From Malacoraja senta (taxonomy: Eukaryota), in the NCBI GenBank assembly GCA_038087875.1, contig JAXLNO010000605.1:124001-148521 (forward strand): a stretch of 24,521 bases of DNA. Reading direction: 5' to 3'. This document shows, piece by piece, positions 1-10,935 of the stretch (the stretch's first letter is position 1; every line of letters begins with the position of its first letter). The notes beneath the pieces are model-generated. The model saw only the letters and a program-made list of their open reading frames with translations. It did not search any database and was not told where the DNA came from. The position numbers and the translations under genes were made by a program.

Positions 1-243
1 CTCTATTTTTCCTTTCCATCTCTCCTTTCTCTCTCTCTCTCCACTTCTCCTCTCCCCCTCCTCTCATCTCTCCCTCTCCACCTTCCCCTTCTCTTTCACT
101 CAAATCCTCAATTTTCATTCAATTCTTCATTTTTCTCTCAATTCTTCATATCATCCTCAATTTCTTTCCCTCTCTCCCTCACTCCCTCCCCCAGCCCACA
201 CTCCACCCTCTCTCTCTCTCTCTCCTTTTCCGTCTCTCTCACT
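1..243. repeat. Pyrimidine-rich (CT/CCT) low-complexity tract
   Basis: Runs of (CT)n and CCT; the overlapping predicted ORFs are E/R/G low-complexity artefacts. Confidence 0.85.
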
Positions 244-299
244 CCTGTCTGCAACGCGGACCAGAGAGAGACAAGGGGGCGGGTTCTTTCTCCCTCCCT

Positions 300-460
300 C
301 TGACTGACGTCCCTCCCCTCCAATCACTCGCTGCTTCCGGCCATTTGCAAGTCCCGCCCCACCGTCCAGTTGAGTGACGTCTCTCTCCGCCAATGGGGAC
401 GTCCCATCAGTCAGAGGGCCGGATGTCCCGCCCACGCCGTCCCCTCTATGACGTCATTGT
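300..460. promoter_or_regulatory. CpG-rich promoter-like cluster, probably firing leftwards
   Basis: Full CRE TGACGTCA at 449-456 and CRE-like TGACGT at 305 and 375; CCAAT at 320 and 390; GC boxes at 353-360 and 427-434; ETS/YY1-like CTTCCGGCCATTT at 334-346; palindrome GGGACGTCCC at 396-405. CpGs are retained in an otherwise CpG-poor window. Confidence 0.6.
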
Positions 461-499
461 TGCATTACACATCTGGAGCTCCACTATAAGATCTTTGAT

Positions 500-817
500 C
501 TGGGGTTTTGCAAAATGATTGCTATGAATTTAATGCATTTCACATCCCGGGGGATTTGCAATATTACTTTAATGGAACGCATTTGCTGCATTTAACATTG
601 CAGGAGGGTGCAAAGTTATTCCAATGCAATGCATTTGTTGCATTTAATATTTTTGAGGGTTTTTGCAAGATTAGTGCAAAGCGATTTAATGCATTGAACT
701 TCCAAGCGGGGTGGGGGGGTTGCCATATTACTTGAATGCAACGCATTTGCTGCATTTAACTTTGCGGGAGGGTGCAAAGTTATTCCAACGCGATGCATTC
801 GTTGCATTTAACATTTG
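500..817. repeat. Two diverged copies of a ~160-bp tandem unit rich in TGCATT
   Basis: ATATTACTT..AACGCATTTGCTGCATTTAAC..GGAGGGTGCAAAGTTATTCCAA recurs at 561 and 725 (period about 164). Confidence 0.75.
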
Positions 818-824
818 AGCTGTT

Positions 825-996
825 TCACCCGATCTGAACCCAATGGAACGTGCCTTTTATATGCTGAAGAGAAAAGTGAAGGGGACTAGCCTCCAAAACA
901 AGCATCAGCTCAAAGATGGCTGCAATGCAGGCCTGGCAGAGCATCACCAGAGAAGACACACAGCAACTGGTGATGTCCATGAATCACAGACTTCAA
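825..996 (+). mobile_element. Tc1 transposase C-terminal relic, part 1
   Basis: Translates SPDLNPMERAFYMLKRKV..(frameshift)..MQAWQSITREDTQQLVMSMNHRLQ, matching the SPDLNPIE motif of Tc1 DD34E transposases. Confidence 0.8.
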
Positions 997-2935
997 TAAA
1001 CAATACACAATAGGTGCAGGAGCAGGCCATTCGGCCCTTCCAGCCAGCACCGCCATTCAATGTGATCATGGCTGATCATCTCCAATCAGTACCCCGTTCC
1101 TGCCTACTCCCCATATCCCCTGACTCCGCTATCGAGCTCTCTCTTGAAAGCATCCAGTGAACCGGCCTCCACCGCCTCTGAGGCAGAGAATTCCACAGAC
1201 TCACAACTCTCTGTGAGAAAAAGTGTTTCCTCGTCTCCGTTCTAAATGGCTTACCCCTTATTCTTAAACTGTGGCCCCTGGTTCTGGACTCCCCCAACAT
1301 CGGGAACATGTTTCCTGCCTCTAGCGTGTCCAAACCCTTAACAATCTTATATGTTTCAATGAGATGCCCTCTCATCCTTCCAAACTCCAGAGTGTACAAG
1401 CCCAGCTGCTCCATTCTCTCAGCATATGTCAGTCCCGCCAACCCGGGAATTAACCTTGTAAACCTATGCTGCACTCCCTCAATAGCAAGAATGTCCTTCC
1501 TCAAATTAGGGGACCAAAACTTCACACAATACTCCAGGTGTGGTCTCACTAGGGCCCTGTATAATTGCAGAAGGACCTCTTTGCTCCTATATTCGATTCC
1601 TCTTGTTATGAAGGCCAACAGGCCAAAACTGCACGCAATACTCCAGGTGTGGTCTCACGAGGGCTCTGTACAACTGCAGAAAGACCTCTTTGCTCTTATA
1701 CTCGACTACTCTTGTTATAAAGGGCAACATGCCATTCCCTTTCTTCACTGCCTGCTGTACCTGCATGCTTACTTTCATAGTCTGATGAACAAGCACCCCC
1801 AGATCCCGCTGTACTTCCCCTTAACTCAACTTGACGCCATTTAGATAGCAATCTGGCTTCCTGTTTTTGCCACCAAAGTGGATAACCTCGCATTTATCCA
1901 TATTAAACTGAGTCTGCCAAGCATCTGCTCACTCCCCAACCTGTCCAAGTCGCCCTGCATTTTCATAGCATCCTCCTCACAGTTCACACTGCCACCCAGC
2001 TTTGTGTCATCTGCAAATTTGCTAATGTTACTTTGAATCCCTTCATCCAAATCATTGATGTATATTGTAAATAGTTGCAGTCCAAGCACCGAGCCTTGTG
2101 ATACCCCACTTGTCACTCCCTGCCATTCTGAAAGGGACCCGTTAATCCCTACTCTTTGTTTCTTGTCTGCCAACCAATTTTCTATCCATGTCAGCACTCT
2201 ACCCCCAATACCATGTGCCCTAATTTTGCCCACTAATCTCCTATGTGGGACCTTATCAAATGCTTTCTGAAAGTGCAGGTACTTGTCCATTTTCCTGGTT
2301 ACATCTTCAAAAAATTCCAGAAGATTAGTCAAGCATGATTTCCCCTTCGTAAATCCATGCTGACTCGGACCAATCCTGTTACTGTTATCCAAATGTTTGG
2401 CTATCTCATCTTTAATAATTGACTCCAGCATCTTCCCCACCACCGATGTCAGGCTAACTGGTCTATAATTCCGTGTTTTCTCTCTCCCGCCTTTCTTAAA
2501 AAGTGGGATAACATTAGCAACCCTCCAATCCGCAGGAACTGATCCTGAGTCTATAGAACATTGGAAAATTATCACCAATGCATCCACGATTTCTAGAGTC
2601 ACCTCCTTAAGTACCCTGGGATGCAGACCATCAGGCCCTGGGGATTTATCAGCCTTCAGTCCCATCAGTCTATCCAACACCATGTCCTGCCTAATGTGGA
2701 TTTCCTTCAGTTCCTCTGTCACCCCAGATGCTCTGGCCACTACTATATAAGGAAGATTGTTTGTGTCCTCCTTAGTGAAGACAGATCCAAAGTACCTGTT
2801 CAACTCATCTGCCATTTCCTTGTTCCCCATAATAAATTCACCTTTTTCGGTCTTCAAGGGTCTAACTTTGGTCTTAACTAATTTTTTTCTCTTCACATAC
2901 CTAAAGAAGCTTTCACTATTCTGCTTTATATTCTT
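997..2935 (-). mobile_element. CR1 LINE, 5'-truncated (ORF2 RT + C-terminus + 3' UTR), decayed
   Basis: ORFs 1841-2896 (KSPGPDGLHP, NYRPVSLTS, QHGF, KFADDTKL) and 1076-1618 (LVRPHLEYC, RTRGH, LWNSLP); 3' tail near 1000-1040; frameshifts and an internal deletion. Confidence 0.95.
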
Positions 2936-2946
2936 TCAATGACAAT

Positions 2947-2985
2947 GCATTCATTGCATGCAAAGGATATGCAACAAAATACTAA
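2947..2985 (+). mobile_element. Tc1 transposase C-terminal relic, part 2
   Basis: GCA TTC ATT GCA TGC AAA GGA TAT GCA ACA A..TAC TAA gives AFIACKGYAT(K)Y*, the usual Tc1 ending, continuing the 825-996 piece. Confidence 0.65.
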
Positions 2986-2989
2986 ATAT

Positions 2990-3365
2990 GATTACTATCT
3001 AAATGGCATTGTTGGGAAAAGTGGAAGTACAACGGGATCTGGGGGTCCTTGTTCATCAGTCAATGAAAGTAAGCATGCAGGTACAGCAGGCAGTGAAGAA
3101 AGCGAATGGCATGTTGGCCTTCATAACAAGAGGAGTTGAGTATAGGAGCAAAGAGGTCCTTCTGCAGTTGTACAGGGCCCTAGTGAGACGACACCTGGAG
3201 TATTGTGTGCAGTTTTGGTCTCCAAACTTGAGGAAGGACATTTTTGCTATTGAGGGAGCCCACAGAGAGTTGTGAGTCTGTGGAATTCTCTGCCTCAGAG
3301 GGCGGTGGAGGCCGGTTCTCTGGATGCTTTCAAGAGAGAGCTCAATACAGCTCTTAAAGATAGCC
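2990..3365 (+). mobile_element. CR1 LINE ORF2 C-terminal fragment with internal deletion
   Basis: DYYLNG..QRDLGVLVHQSMKVSMQVQQAVKKANGMLAF..HLEYCVQFWSP, then a jump to LWNSLPQRAVEA. Confidence 0.92.
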
Positions 3366-3366
3366 G

Positions 3367-3457
3367 AGTCAGTCTTCCCGCTGACTGGATAGCACGCAAC
3401 AAGAAAGCTTTTCACTGTACCTTGTTACACGGGACAATAAACTACACTCAACTCAAA
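3367..3457 (+). mobile_element. LINE 3' tail, Rex1/Babar-like
   Basis: AAAGCTTTTCACTGTACC..GACAATAAACTACACTCAACTC; AATAAA followed by a short-repeat tail like the other Rex-like ends in the window. Family assignment is from recall. Confidence 0.45.
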
Positions 3458-3599
3458 TGCTCTATGTTGACTTAGGAAATGTCAACAGAGTGGAACAAAT
3501 GTACACGTGTGAAGATTCAGTCGTTCCAACTCTAGCGATAAACGTGACTTTAAAACATAGTGGAAAACCTTCTCATGTGTCTGTTAATGTAAGTGTTTT

Positions 3600-4465
3600 G
3601 AGAGAGAAGGGGAGAGAGAGAAGGGGAGAGAGAGAGATGGGAAGAGGGGGAGAGAGAGAGGGGGAGAGAGGGGGAGGGGAGAGAGTGGGGCGAGAGAAAG
3701 GGGGAAGGTAGAGGGGGGAGAGAGAGAGGGGAGAGAGAGGGGAGAAAGAGAGGGAGGAGAGAGTGGAGAGACAGGGAGAGGGGGAGAAAGAGTTTGATTT
3801 AGTTTTTTGTTTAGTTTATTATAGTTTAGCTGACTTAAATTTAGTTTATAAAGAGAGAGAGGGGAGAGAGGGAGAGAGAGAGAGTGGGAGATAGATGGGG
3901 AGAGAGAGGAGGTGAGAGAGGGGTGAGAGTTTGACAGTTTTTAGTTTAGTTAATTATAGTTCAGCTGACTTAAGTTGTTTATAAAGAGAGAGGGGGGGAG
4001 AGAGGGGGGGAGGGAGAGAGAGAGAGGGGAGAGAGAGAGGTGGGAGAGAGAGGGAGGAGAGAAAGAGACAGAGGAAAAGAGATAGAGGGAGAGAGAGGGG
4101 AGAAAGATGGGGAGAGAAGGGGGATGGGGGGAGAGAGAGAGGAGAGAGGGGGGAGAGAGAGAGAGAGGGGCGAGATAGAGGGGAGAGAGAGAGAGGGGGG
4201 CGAGAGAGGGGAGAGAGAGAGGGAAGAGAGAGAGAGGGGGGAGAGAAAGAGAGAGGGGGAGAGAAAGAGAGGGAGGAGAGAGAGGGAGAGGGGTGAGAGA
4301 GGGGGGAGAAAGTTAGACTTTGTTTTTAGTTTAGTTTATTATAGTTTAGCTGACAAGTTTAGTTTATAAAGAGAGAGCGAGAGAGGGAAAAAGAGAGGGG
4401 TGAGGGGGGAGAGAGAGCTTTAGAGAGAGGGGAAAGAGAAGAGAGGGGGGAGAGAGAGAGAAAAG
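3600..4465. repeat. GA-rich polypurine tract with three embedded ~55-bp AT-rich units
   Basis: (GA/GGA)n interrupted by TTAGTTTATTATAGTTTAGCTGAC..GTTTATAAAGAG at about 3793-3855, 3929-3987 and 4313-4372. Confidence 0.9.
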
Positions 4466-4493
4466 GATAGAATGGAGATGAAATTTAAACGGT

Positions 4494-4575
4494 TCCAGGG
4501 TGAGATTAAGGAGGGACTGAAGATTGGCCAACAATGGAGGTCGACAACAAAATGGCTACCGTTAGGTTAAGTGTC
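4494..4575 (+). repeat. Local ~180-bp repeat unit, copy 1 (3' half)
   Basis: TCCAGGGTGAGATTAAGGAGG..GAAGATTGGCCA..ATGGAGGT.GACAACAAAATGGC.ACCG is shared with 4864-5040 and 6303-6466. Confidence 0.85.
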
Positions 4576-4863
4576 TTCTCTTTGTATCACTTCCCTCTGA
4601 AGGCGTCTCCGGACTGTCATGGCCGCCACAGCCAGACATTAAAAACAGCTTTTGTTTCCACGAGTAGTAATCAAAAATCTGTCGCCTCCTTTTGCTTTGG
4701 TATTTTATTTAATTCACATGTTTAATCACTAATGTGTTATTATTAATGTTTTATATGTCATTCCTAACTGTCACTGTATGTCATGTGGTCACTTGCGGGC
4801 AGAGCACCAAGGGAAATTCCTTGTATGTGAATACTTGGCCAATAAACTTATTAATTCATTCAT
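4576..4863 (+). mobile_element. Rex1/Babar LINE 3' end
   Basis: Degenerate LFVSLPS(G)RRLRTVMAATARH(K)NSF..PRVV C-terminus, AT-rich 3' UTR, AATAAA and (ATTC)n tail. Confidence 0.7.
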
Positions 4864-5040
4864 CATGTCCGCCTCTGTGCCCTCCTTTCCTCTTAATCCC
4901 TCCCTCCCTCCCTCCCAATGGGGCGCTCTCCCGGGGAAGAACCTGGGGTCAGCAGGGCTCCAGGGGTGAGATTAAGGAGGGATGGAAGATTGGCCAACTA
5001 TGGAGGTTGACAACAAATGGCCACCGTCAGGGTAAGTGTC
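4864..5040 (+). repeat. Local ~180-bp repeat unit, copy 2
   Basis: CATGTCCGCCTC...GGGTAAGTGTC; aligns by eye with 6303-6466 and 4494-4575. Confidence 0.85.
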
Positions 5041-5043
5041 CCC

Positions 5044-6294
5044 AGACAAGCTCGATGCAGGAAAAATGTTCCCAATGTTGGGCGATTCCAGAACCAGGGG
5101 CCACAGTCTTAGAATAAAGGGGAGGTCATTTAAGACTGTAAGTTATTGGGGGCAAATCCTCCAAAAATCGAAGACCTCGGATAAGGACATGGATATTTTA
5201 AAAGGACAAATTTGCTGGCTGCAACGGAAAAAAAAAAACAAATCCACAAACCTGTCTGGCCTGTGGAATTGGGCATCACACACTATGCGAATGATGTGGA
5301 CAAGAAAGGCTGAGACGGAGATAACGAGATTCTCTTGGATACACAAAGGAAGGAACCAAGCCTCAGCAGACGGTGGTAAACAGGCCAGCAGTAACACAAT
5401 CACCATCGGGGATGATAACGATCAGGCTGAGGGATCATGACATCAGCAAACCCCTTATCATCGGAAGCCTATTGTTCATGCCAGATCGAAACTGGGAAAC
5501 ATCAAAAGAACCCCTTCTATCCAGAGGACCACCTGGGGGTTTCAAAGGAAGCTCAGGTATAAAACCCAAGTCCAGCCAGAACTCTTTCTCTCTTCCTGCT
5601 CTTCCTGCTCTGCTGGACAGCCCGTGAGCCTGCATCAACCTAAGCTGTGAGTACCCCAGACGACCTGGTGAAGTTCCCGAAAATAGGATAGAGGTTGAGA
5701 GAGAAGGGGAAAGGGGGTGTATTTGTAAAATTGTGTTAAAGTAAGTTTCACGACGTGACCGATAGTTTTCCGTCCATAGTCTTAGCTTAAAGCATAAGTT
5801 TAGCCACGTATTGTGTAGTGTTGGTGAGATCCGATTTCTCATTGTTTAATAAAGCCTGTAAATTTTAGACTTGCTTTGAGTCCATCTTGGTTTCTGTTTT
5901 CTCTCACCGGCACACTCTGGTCAATTCAACCTTTTTATCATATCCCACCATAATTCCGAGGGCTAGAACCTAGGGGAACCCCTTTTGTATAATAAAGGGA
6001 AACACTAAACCCCTACAAGACTGAGGTGAGAAAACACTTTTTCTCCCAAAGAGTTGTGAATTTATGGAATTCCCTGCCACAGAGAGCAGTGGAGGCCAAA
6101 TCACTGGGTGGATTTAAGAGAGAGTTAGATAGAGCTCTAGGGGCTAGTGGAGTCAAGGGATATGGGGAGAAGGCAGGCACGGGTTATTGATAGGGGACGA
6201 TCAGCCATGAGCACAATGAATGGCGGTGCAGGCTCGAATGGCCGAATGGCCTCCTCCTGCACATATTTTTTATGTTTCTATGTTTCTATGTTTC
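5044..6294 (+). mobile_element. CR1 LINE 3' end, split by a solo LTR
   Basis: DKLDAGKMFPMLGDSRTRGHSLRIKGRSFKT resumes after 6021 as EVRKHFFSQRVVNLWNSLP; 3' UTR ends in (TTTCTATG)n. Confidence 0.92.
5137..6017 (+). mobile_element. Solo LTR (881 bp), ERV1- or Gypsy-type
   Basis: TGTA...TACA termini, perfect 4-bp TSD AGAC (5133-5136 and 6018-6021), TATAAAA at 5558, AATAAA at 5848; host CR1 frame is contiguous once it is removed. Confidence 0.9.
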
Positions 6295-6302
6295 TTCTTC
6301 AG

Positions 6303-6466
6303 CATGTCCGCCTCCGTACCCCTCTCTTACTCAATCCCTCCCTCCCTCCCTCCCAACGGGGCGCTCTCCCAAGGAAGAACCCGGGGTCAGCAGTGCTCCA
6401 GGGGTGAGATTAAGGAGGTATTGAAGATTGGCCATCAATGGAGGTTGACAACAAAATGGCCACCGG
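6303..6466 (+). repeat. Local ~180-bp repeat unit, copy 3
   Basis: Aligns with 4864-5030. Confidence 0.85.
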
Positions 6467-6733
6467 GGAAAGAGGAGCGAGAGAGAGATGGAGAGAGAGA
6501 GAGGGAGATGTGGAGAGAGAGCGAGAGGGTGGGAGGGAACGAGGGGAGAGGAAGAGGAGGGAGAGGGGATGGTGAGGCAATAATCCACAGACACACACGC
6601 ATACACCCCCCTCCCTCTCTCTACCCCTTCTCTCCCTATTCTCTCTCTCCCACTTTCACCGTCTATTCTCCTCTCATTTCCCCAAATAGTCATGTTCCCC
6701 CCTTCCCACTCTCTCTCTCTCCCCCTTCCCCCC
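6467..6733. repeat. GA-rich then CT-rich low-complexity tracts
   Basis: Polypurine 6467-6575, polypyrimidine 6605-6733. Confidence 0.8.
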
Positions 6734-6734
6734 G

Positions 6735-9520
6735 TTAAGAATTTTGTAAGTTTCTATAAGATCCCCCCTCAATCTTATAAATTCTCTGTACTCCCTCTAT
6801 GGCAAGAATGTCCTTCCTCAGAATAGGAGACCAAAACTGTACGCAATACTCCAGGTGTGGTCTCACCAAGAGCCTGCACAACTGCAGTAGACCCTCCCTG
6901 CTCCTATAATCAAATCCTTTTACTATGAATGCTAACATATCATTCGCTTTCTTCACTGCCTGCTGCACCTGCATGCCTACTTTCAATGACTGGTGTACCA
7001 TGACACCCAGGTCTCGTTGCATCTCCCCTTTTTCTAATCGGCCACCATTCAGACAATAGTCTACTTTCCAGTTTTTGCCACCAAAGTGGTTAACTTCACA
7101 TTAATCCACATTATACTGCATCTGCCATGCATTTGCCCACTCACCCAGCCTATCCGAGTCACCTTGCAGCCTCCTAGCATCCCCCTCACAGCTAACACTG
7201 CCCCCCAGCTTTGTGTCATCCGCAAACTTGGAGATGTTGCATTCAATTCCCTCGTCCAAATCATTAAGATATATTGTAAATAGCTGGGGTCCCAGCACTG
7301 AGCCTTGCGGTACCCCACTAGGCACTGCCTGCCATTCTGAAAAGGACCCGTTTACTCCTACTCTTTGCTTCCTGTCTGCCAGCCAGTTCTCTATCCACTT
7401 CAATACTGAACCCCCAATACCATGTGCTTTAAGTTTGTATACTAATCTCTTATGTGGGACCTTGTCGAAAGACTTCTGAAAGTCCAGATATAACACATCC
7501 ACTGGTTCTCCCTTATCCACTCTACTAGTTACATCCTCGAAAAATTCTATAAGATTCGTCAGACATGATTTACCTTTCATAAATCCATGCTGACTTTGTC
7601 CAATGATTTCACCACTTTTCAATTGTGCTGCTATCCCATCTTTAATATCTGACTCTAGCAGTTTCCCCACTACCAATGTTAGACTAACTGGTCTGTAATT
7701 CCCCGTTTTCTCTCTCCCTCCCTTTTTAAAAAGTGGGGTTACATTAGCTACCCTCCAATCCTCAGGAACTACTTCAGAATCTAAAGAGTTTTGAAAAATT
7801 ATCACTAATGCACCCACTATTTCTGGGGCTACTTCCTTAAGTACTCTGTGATGTAGCCTGTCTGGCCCTGGGGATTTATCGGCCTTTAATCCATTCAATT
7901 TATCTAACACCACTTCCCGGCAAAACCTGTATTTCACTCAGTTCCTCCATCTCATTTGACCCCCGGTCCCCTGCTATTTCCGGCAGATTATTTAAGTCTT
8001 CCTTAGTGTAGACAGAACCAAAGTAGTTATTCAATTGGTCTGCCATGTCGTTGTTCCCCATGATCAATTCACCTGTTTCTGTAGGCAAGGGACCTACATT
8101 TGTTTTAACTAATCGTTTTCTCTTCATATATCTATAAAAACTTTTGCAGTCAGTTTTTATGTTACCTGCCAGTTTTCTTTCATAATCTATTTTCCCTTTC
8201 CTAATTAAACCCTTTGTCCTCCTCTACTGGAATCTGAATTTCTCCCAGTCCTCTAGTAGGCTGCTTTTTCTGGCTAATTTGTATGCTTCATCTTGTGTTT
8301 TGATACTATCCCTGATTTGCCTTGTTATCCACGGATGCACTACCTTCCCTGATTTATTCTTTTGCCAAACTGAGATGAACAATGTTTGTAGTTCATCCAT
8401 GCAGTCCTTAAATGCCTTCCATTGCATATCCACCGTCAACCCTTTAAGAATCAATTGCCAGTCTATCTTGGCCAATGCACGTTTCATACCCTCAAAGTTA
8501 CCTTTCTTTAAGTTCAGCACCCTTGTTTCTGAATTAACAATGTCACTCTCCATCCTAATGAAGAACTTAACCATATTATGGTCACTCATGCCCAAGGGGC
8601 CAAGCACAACAAGACTGCTAACTAACCCTTCCTCATTACTCAATACCCAGTCTAGAATAGCCTGCTCTCTCGTTGGTTCCTCTACATGTTGGTTTAGAAA
8701 ACTATCCCGCATACATTCCAAGAAATCCTCTTCCTCAGCACCCCTGCCAATATGATTCACCCAATCTATATGTAGATCGAAGTCACCCATTATAACTGTT
8801 TTACCTTTGTTGCACGCATTTCTAATTTCCTGTTTGATGCCATCCCCAACTCCACTACTACTGTTAGGTGGCCTGTACACAACTCCCACTAGCATTTTCT
8901 GCCCCTTAGTGTTTCGCAGCTCTACCCATATCGATTCCACATCTTCCAAGCTAATGTTCTTCCTCTCCATTGCGTTAATCTCCTCTCTAACCAGCAACGC
9001 TGCCCCACCTCCTTTTCCTTTCTTACTATCCCTCCTGAATATTGAATATCCCTGGATGTTCAGCTCCCAGCCTTAGTCACCCTGGAGCCATGTCTCCGTG
9101 ATCCCAACTATAACATAGTCATTAATAACTGTCTGCACATTCAACTCATCCACCTTATTACGAATGCTCCTTGCATTGAGACACAAAGCCTTCAGGCTTG
9201 TTTTTACAACACTCTTACCCCTTAAACAATTATGTTGAAAAGTGGCCCTTTTTGATTTTGGCCCTGGATTTGTCTGCCTGCCACTTTTACTTTTCACCTT
9301 GCTACCTATTGCTTCTACCCTCATTTTACACCCCTCTGTATCTCTGCTCACACATTTAAGAAACCCACCACCTCTTATTGTCTGTTTATTATCTTTTTCT
9401 TCTTTCTCCCCTACATGTTCGGTCTGAGTGCTTCCCTTCTCTGCCTCCTGCCTCACACACTGTCCACTAGCTTTCTCTATTTGTGTCCCTCCCCCCAACC
9501 GTTCAAGTTTAAAGTCTACC
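6735..9520 (-). mobile_element. Long CR1 LINE fragment: inter-ORF region, APE endonuclease and RT (pseudogenised, 3' end lost)
   Basis: CLNARSIRNK..GITETW(stop)..GVVYRPP..IMGDF..ILDWVL..SDH (APE); KSPGPD, NYRPVSLT, YLDFQKSFD, GVPQGSVLGP, KFADDTKL (RT); one stop and several frameshifts. Confidence 0.96.
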
Positions 9521-9539
9521 CAGTCATGGTCAGCACAGA

Positions 9540-10102
9540 TATTGTGGGTCAAAATGCTTGTTCCTGTGCTCTATTTTTCTATGTTCTATGAAACTGTGAG
9601 CCGCAGGGTCAGTTCTTGCCCTGTACTTTTCTATATTCTAGATTGTGGGCTGAAGGGTCTGCTCTAGTGCTGCGACTTTCTATGTCCAATGACACTGGAG
9701 GCTGAAAGGTCTGCTCCTGAGCTGTACTTTCCTATAAAAAGACACATAAGTGCTGGAGTAACTCAGCGTATGGGGCAGCATCTCCGGAGAACATGGATAG
9801 GAAACCGAGTCAGCAACATCGTAGTAGATTAGACTTGGGGAGGTGTATGTGAACCTATCTCTTGCTTGGAAAGTCTGTTTGGGTCCCTGGAAGGAGGCGA
9901 ACTTTCTATATTCTATGATATAGTGGGCTGCAGGGCCTACCTCTGTGCTATATCTTTCTACATTCTATGACACTGTGGGCCGAAGGGCCTGTTCCTGTGC
10001 TGCACTTTTCTATAGAAGATTTTGTGTCAATCTTCAGTTTAAACCAGCATCTGCAGTTCCTTCCTACACTGTACTTTTCTATGTTCTATGACACTGTGGG
10101 CC
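9540..10102 (+). repeat. Diverged copies of the ~50-bp LINE/SINE-tail-derived satellite, with Penelope debris
   Basis: Recurring TGTGGGCYGAAGGGYCTG.TCCTGTGCTG.ACTTTTCTAT.TTCTATGAC units. Confidence 0.75.
9735..9900 (-). mobile_element. Penelope-like fragments (pLTR piece and GIY-YIG N-terminal piece)
   Basis: Minus strand 9900-9820 reads ASFQGPKQTFQARDRFTYTSPSLIYY, resembling the RFTC.S.NLIY lead-in to the GIY motif; 9735-9801 matches the GCTGGAGTAACTCAGC repeat. Confidence 0.55.
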
Positions 10103-10935
10103 ATAGAAACATAGAAAATAGGTGCAGGTGTAGGCCATTCGGCCCTTCGAGCCTGCACCGCCATTCAATATGATCATGGCTGATCATCCAACTCAGTATT
10201 CTGTACCTGCCTTCTCTCCATACCCCCTGATGCCTTTAGCCACAAGGGCCACATCTAACTCCCTCTTAAATATAGCCAATGAACTGGCCTCAACTACATT
10301 CTGTGGCAGAGAATTCCAGAGATTCACCACTCTCTGCGTAAAAAATGTTTTTCTCATCTCAGTCCTAAAAGATTTCCCCTTTATCCTTAAACTGTGACCC
10401 CTTGTTCTGGACTCCCCCAACATCGGGAACAATCTTCCTGCATCTAGCCTGTCCAACCCCTTAAGAATTTTGTAAGTTTCTATAAGAACCCCCCTCAGTC
10501 TTCTAAATTCTAGCGAGTACAAGCCGAGTCTATCCAGTCTTTCCTCATATGAAAGTCCTGACATCCCAGGAATCAGTCTGGTGAACCTTCTCTGTACTCC
10601 CTCTATGGCAAGAATGTCCTTCCTCAGTTTAGGAGACCAAATCTGTACGCAATACTCCAGGTGTGGTCTCACCAAGACCCTGTACAACTGCAGTAGAACC
10701 TCCCTGCTCCTATACTCAAATCCTTTTGCTATGAATGCTAACATACCATTCGCTTTCTTCACTGCCTGCTGCACCTGCATGCCCACTTTCAATGACTGGT
10801 GTACCATGACACCCAGGTCTCGTTGCATCTCCCCTTTTCCTAATCGGCCACCATTCAGGTAATAGTCTACTTTCCTGTTTTTGCCACCAAAGTGGATAAC
10901 CTCACATTTATCCACATTATACTGCATCTGCCAGT
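10103..10935 (-). mobile_element. CR1 LINE 3' end, 5'-truncated, well preserved
   Basis: Uninterrupted 244-aa ORF2 C-terminus (10193-10927), intact 3' UTR and (TTTCTATG)n tail at 10103-10119. Confidence 0.96.

Noticed and set aside
3457..4369. E/R/G-rich ORFs (also 138-435 and 6220-6738)
   Set aside because: Low-complexity GA/CT tracts lack stop codons by composition.
5036..5842. ORFs inside the LTR as possible accessory genes
   Set aside because: No recognisable motif; the longest begins in CR1 sequence and runs into the LTR by chance.
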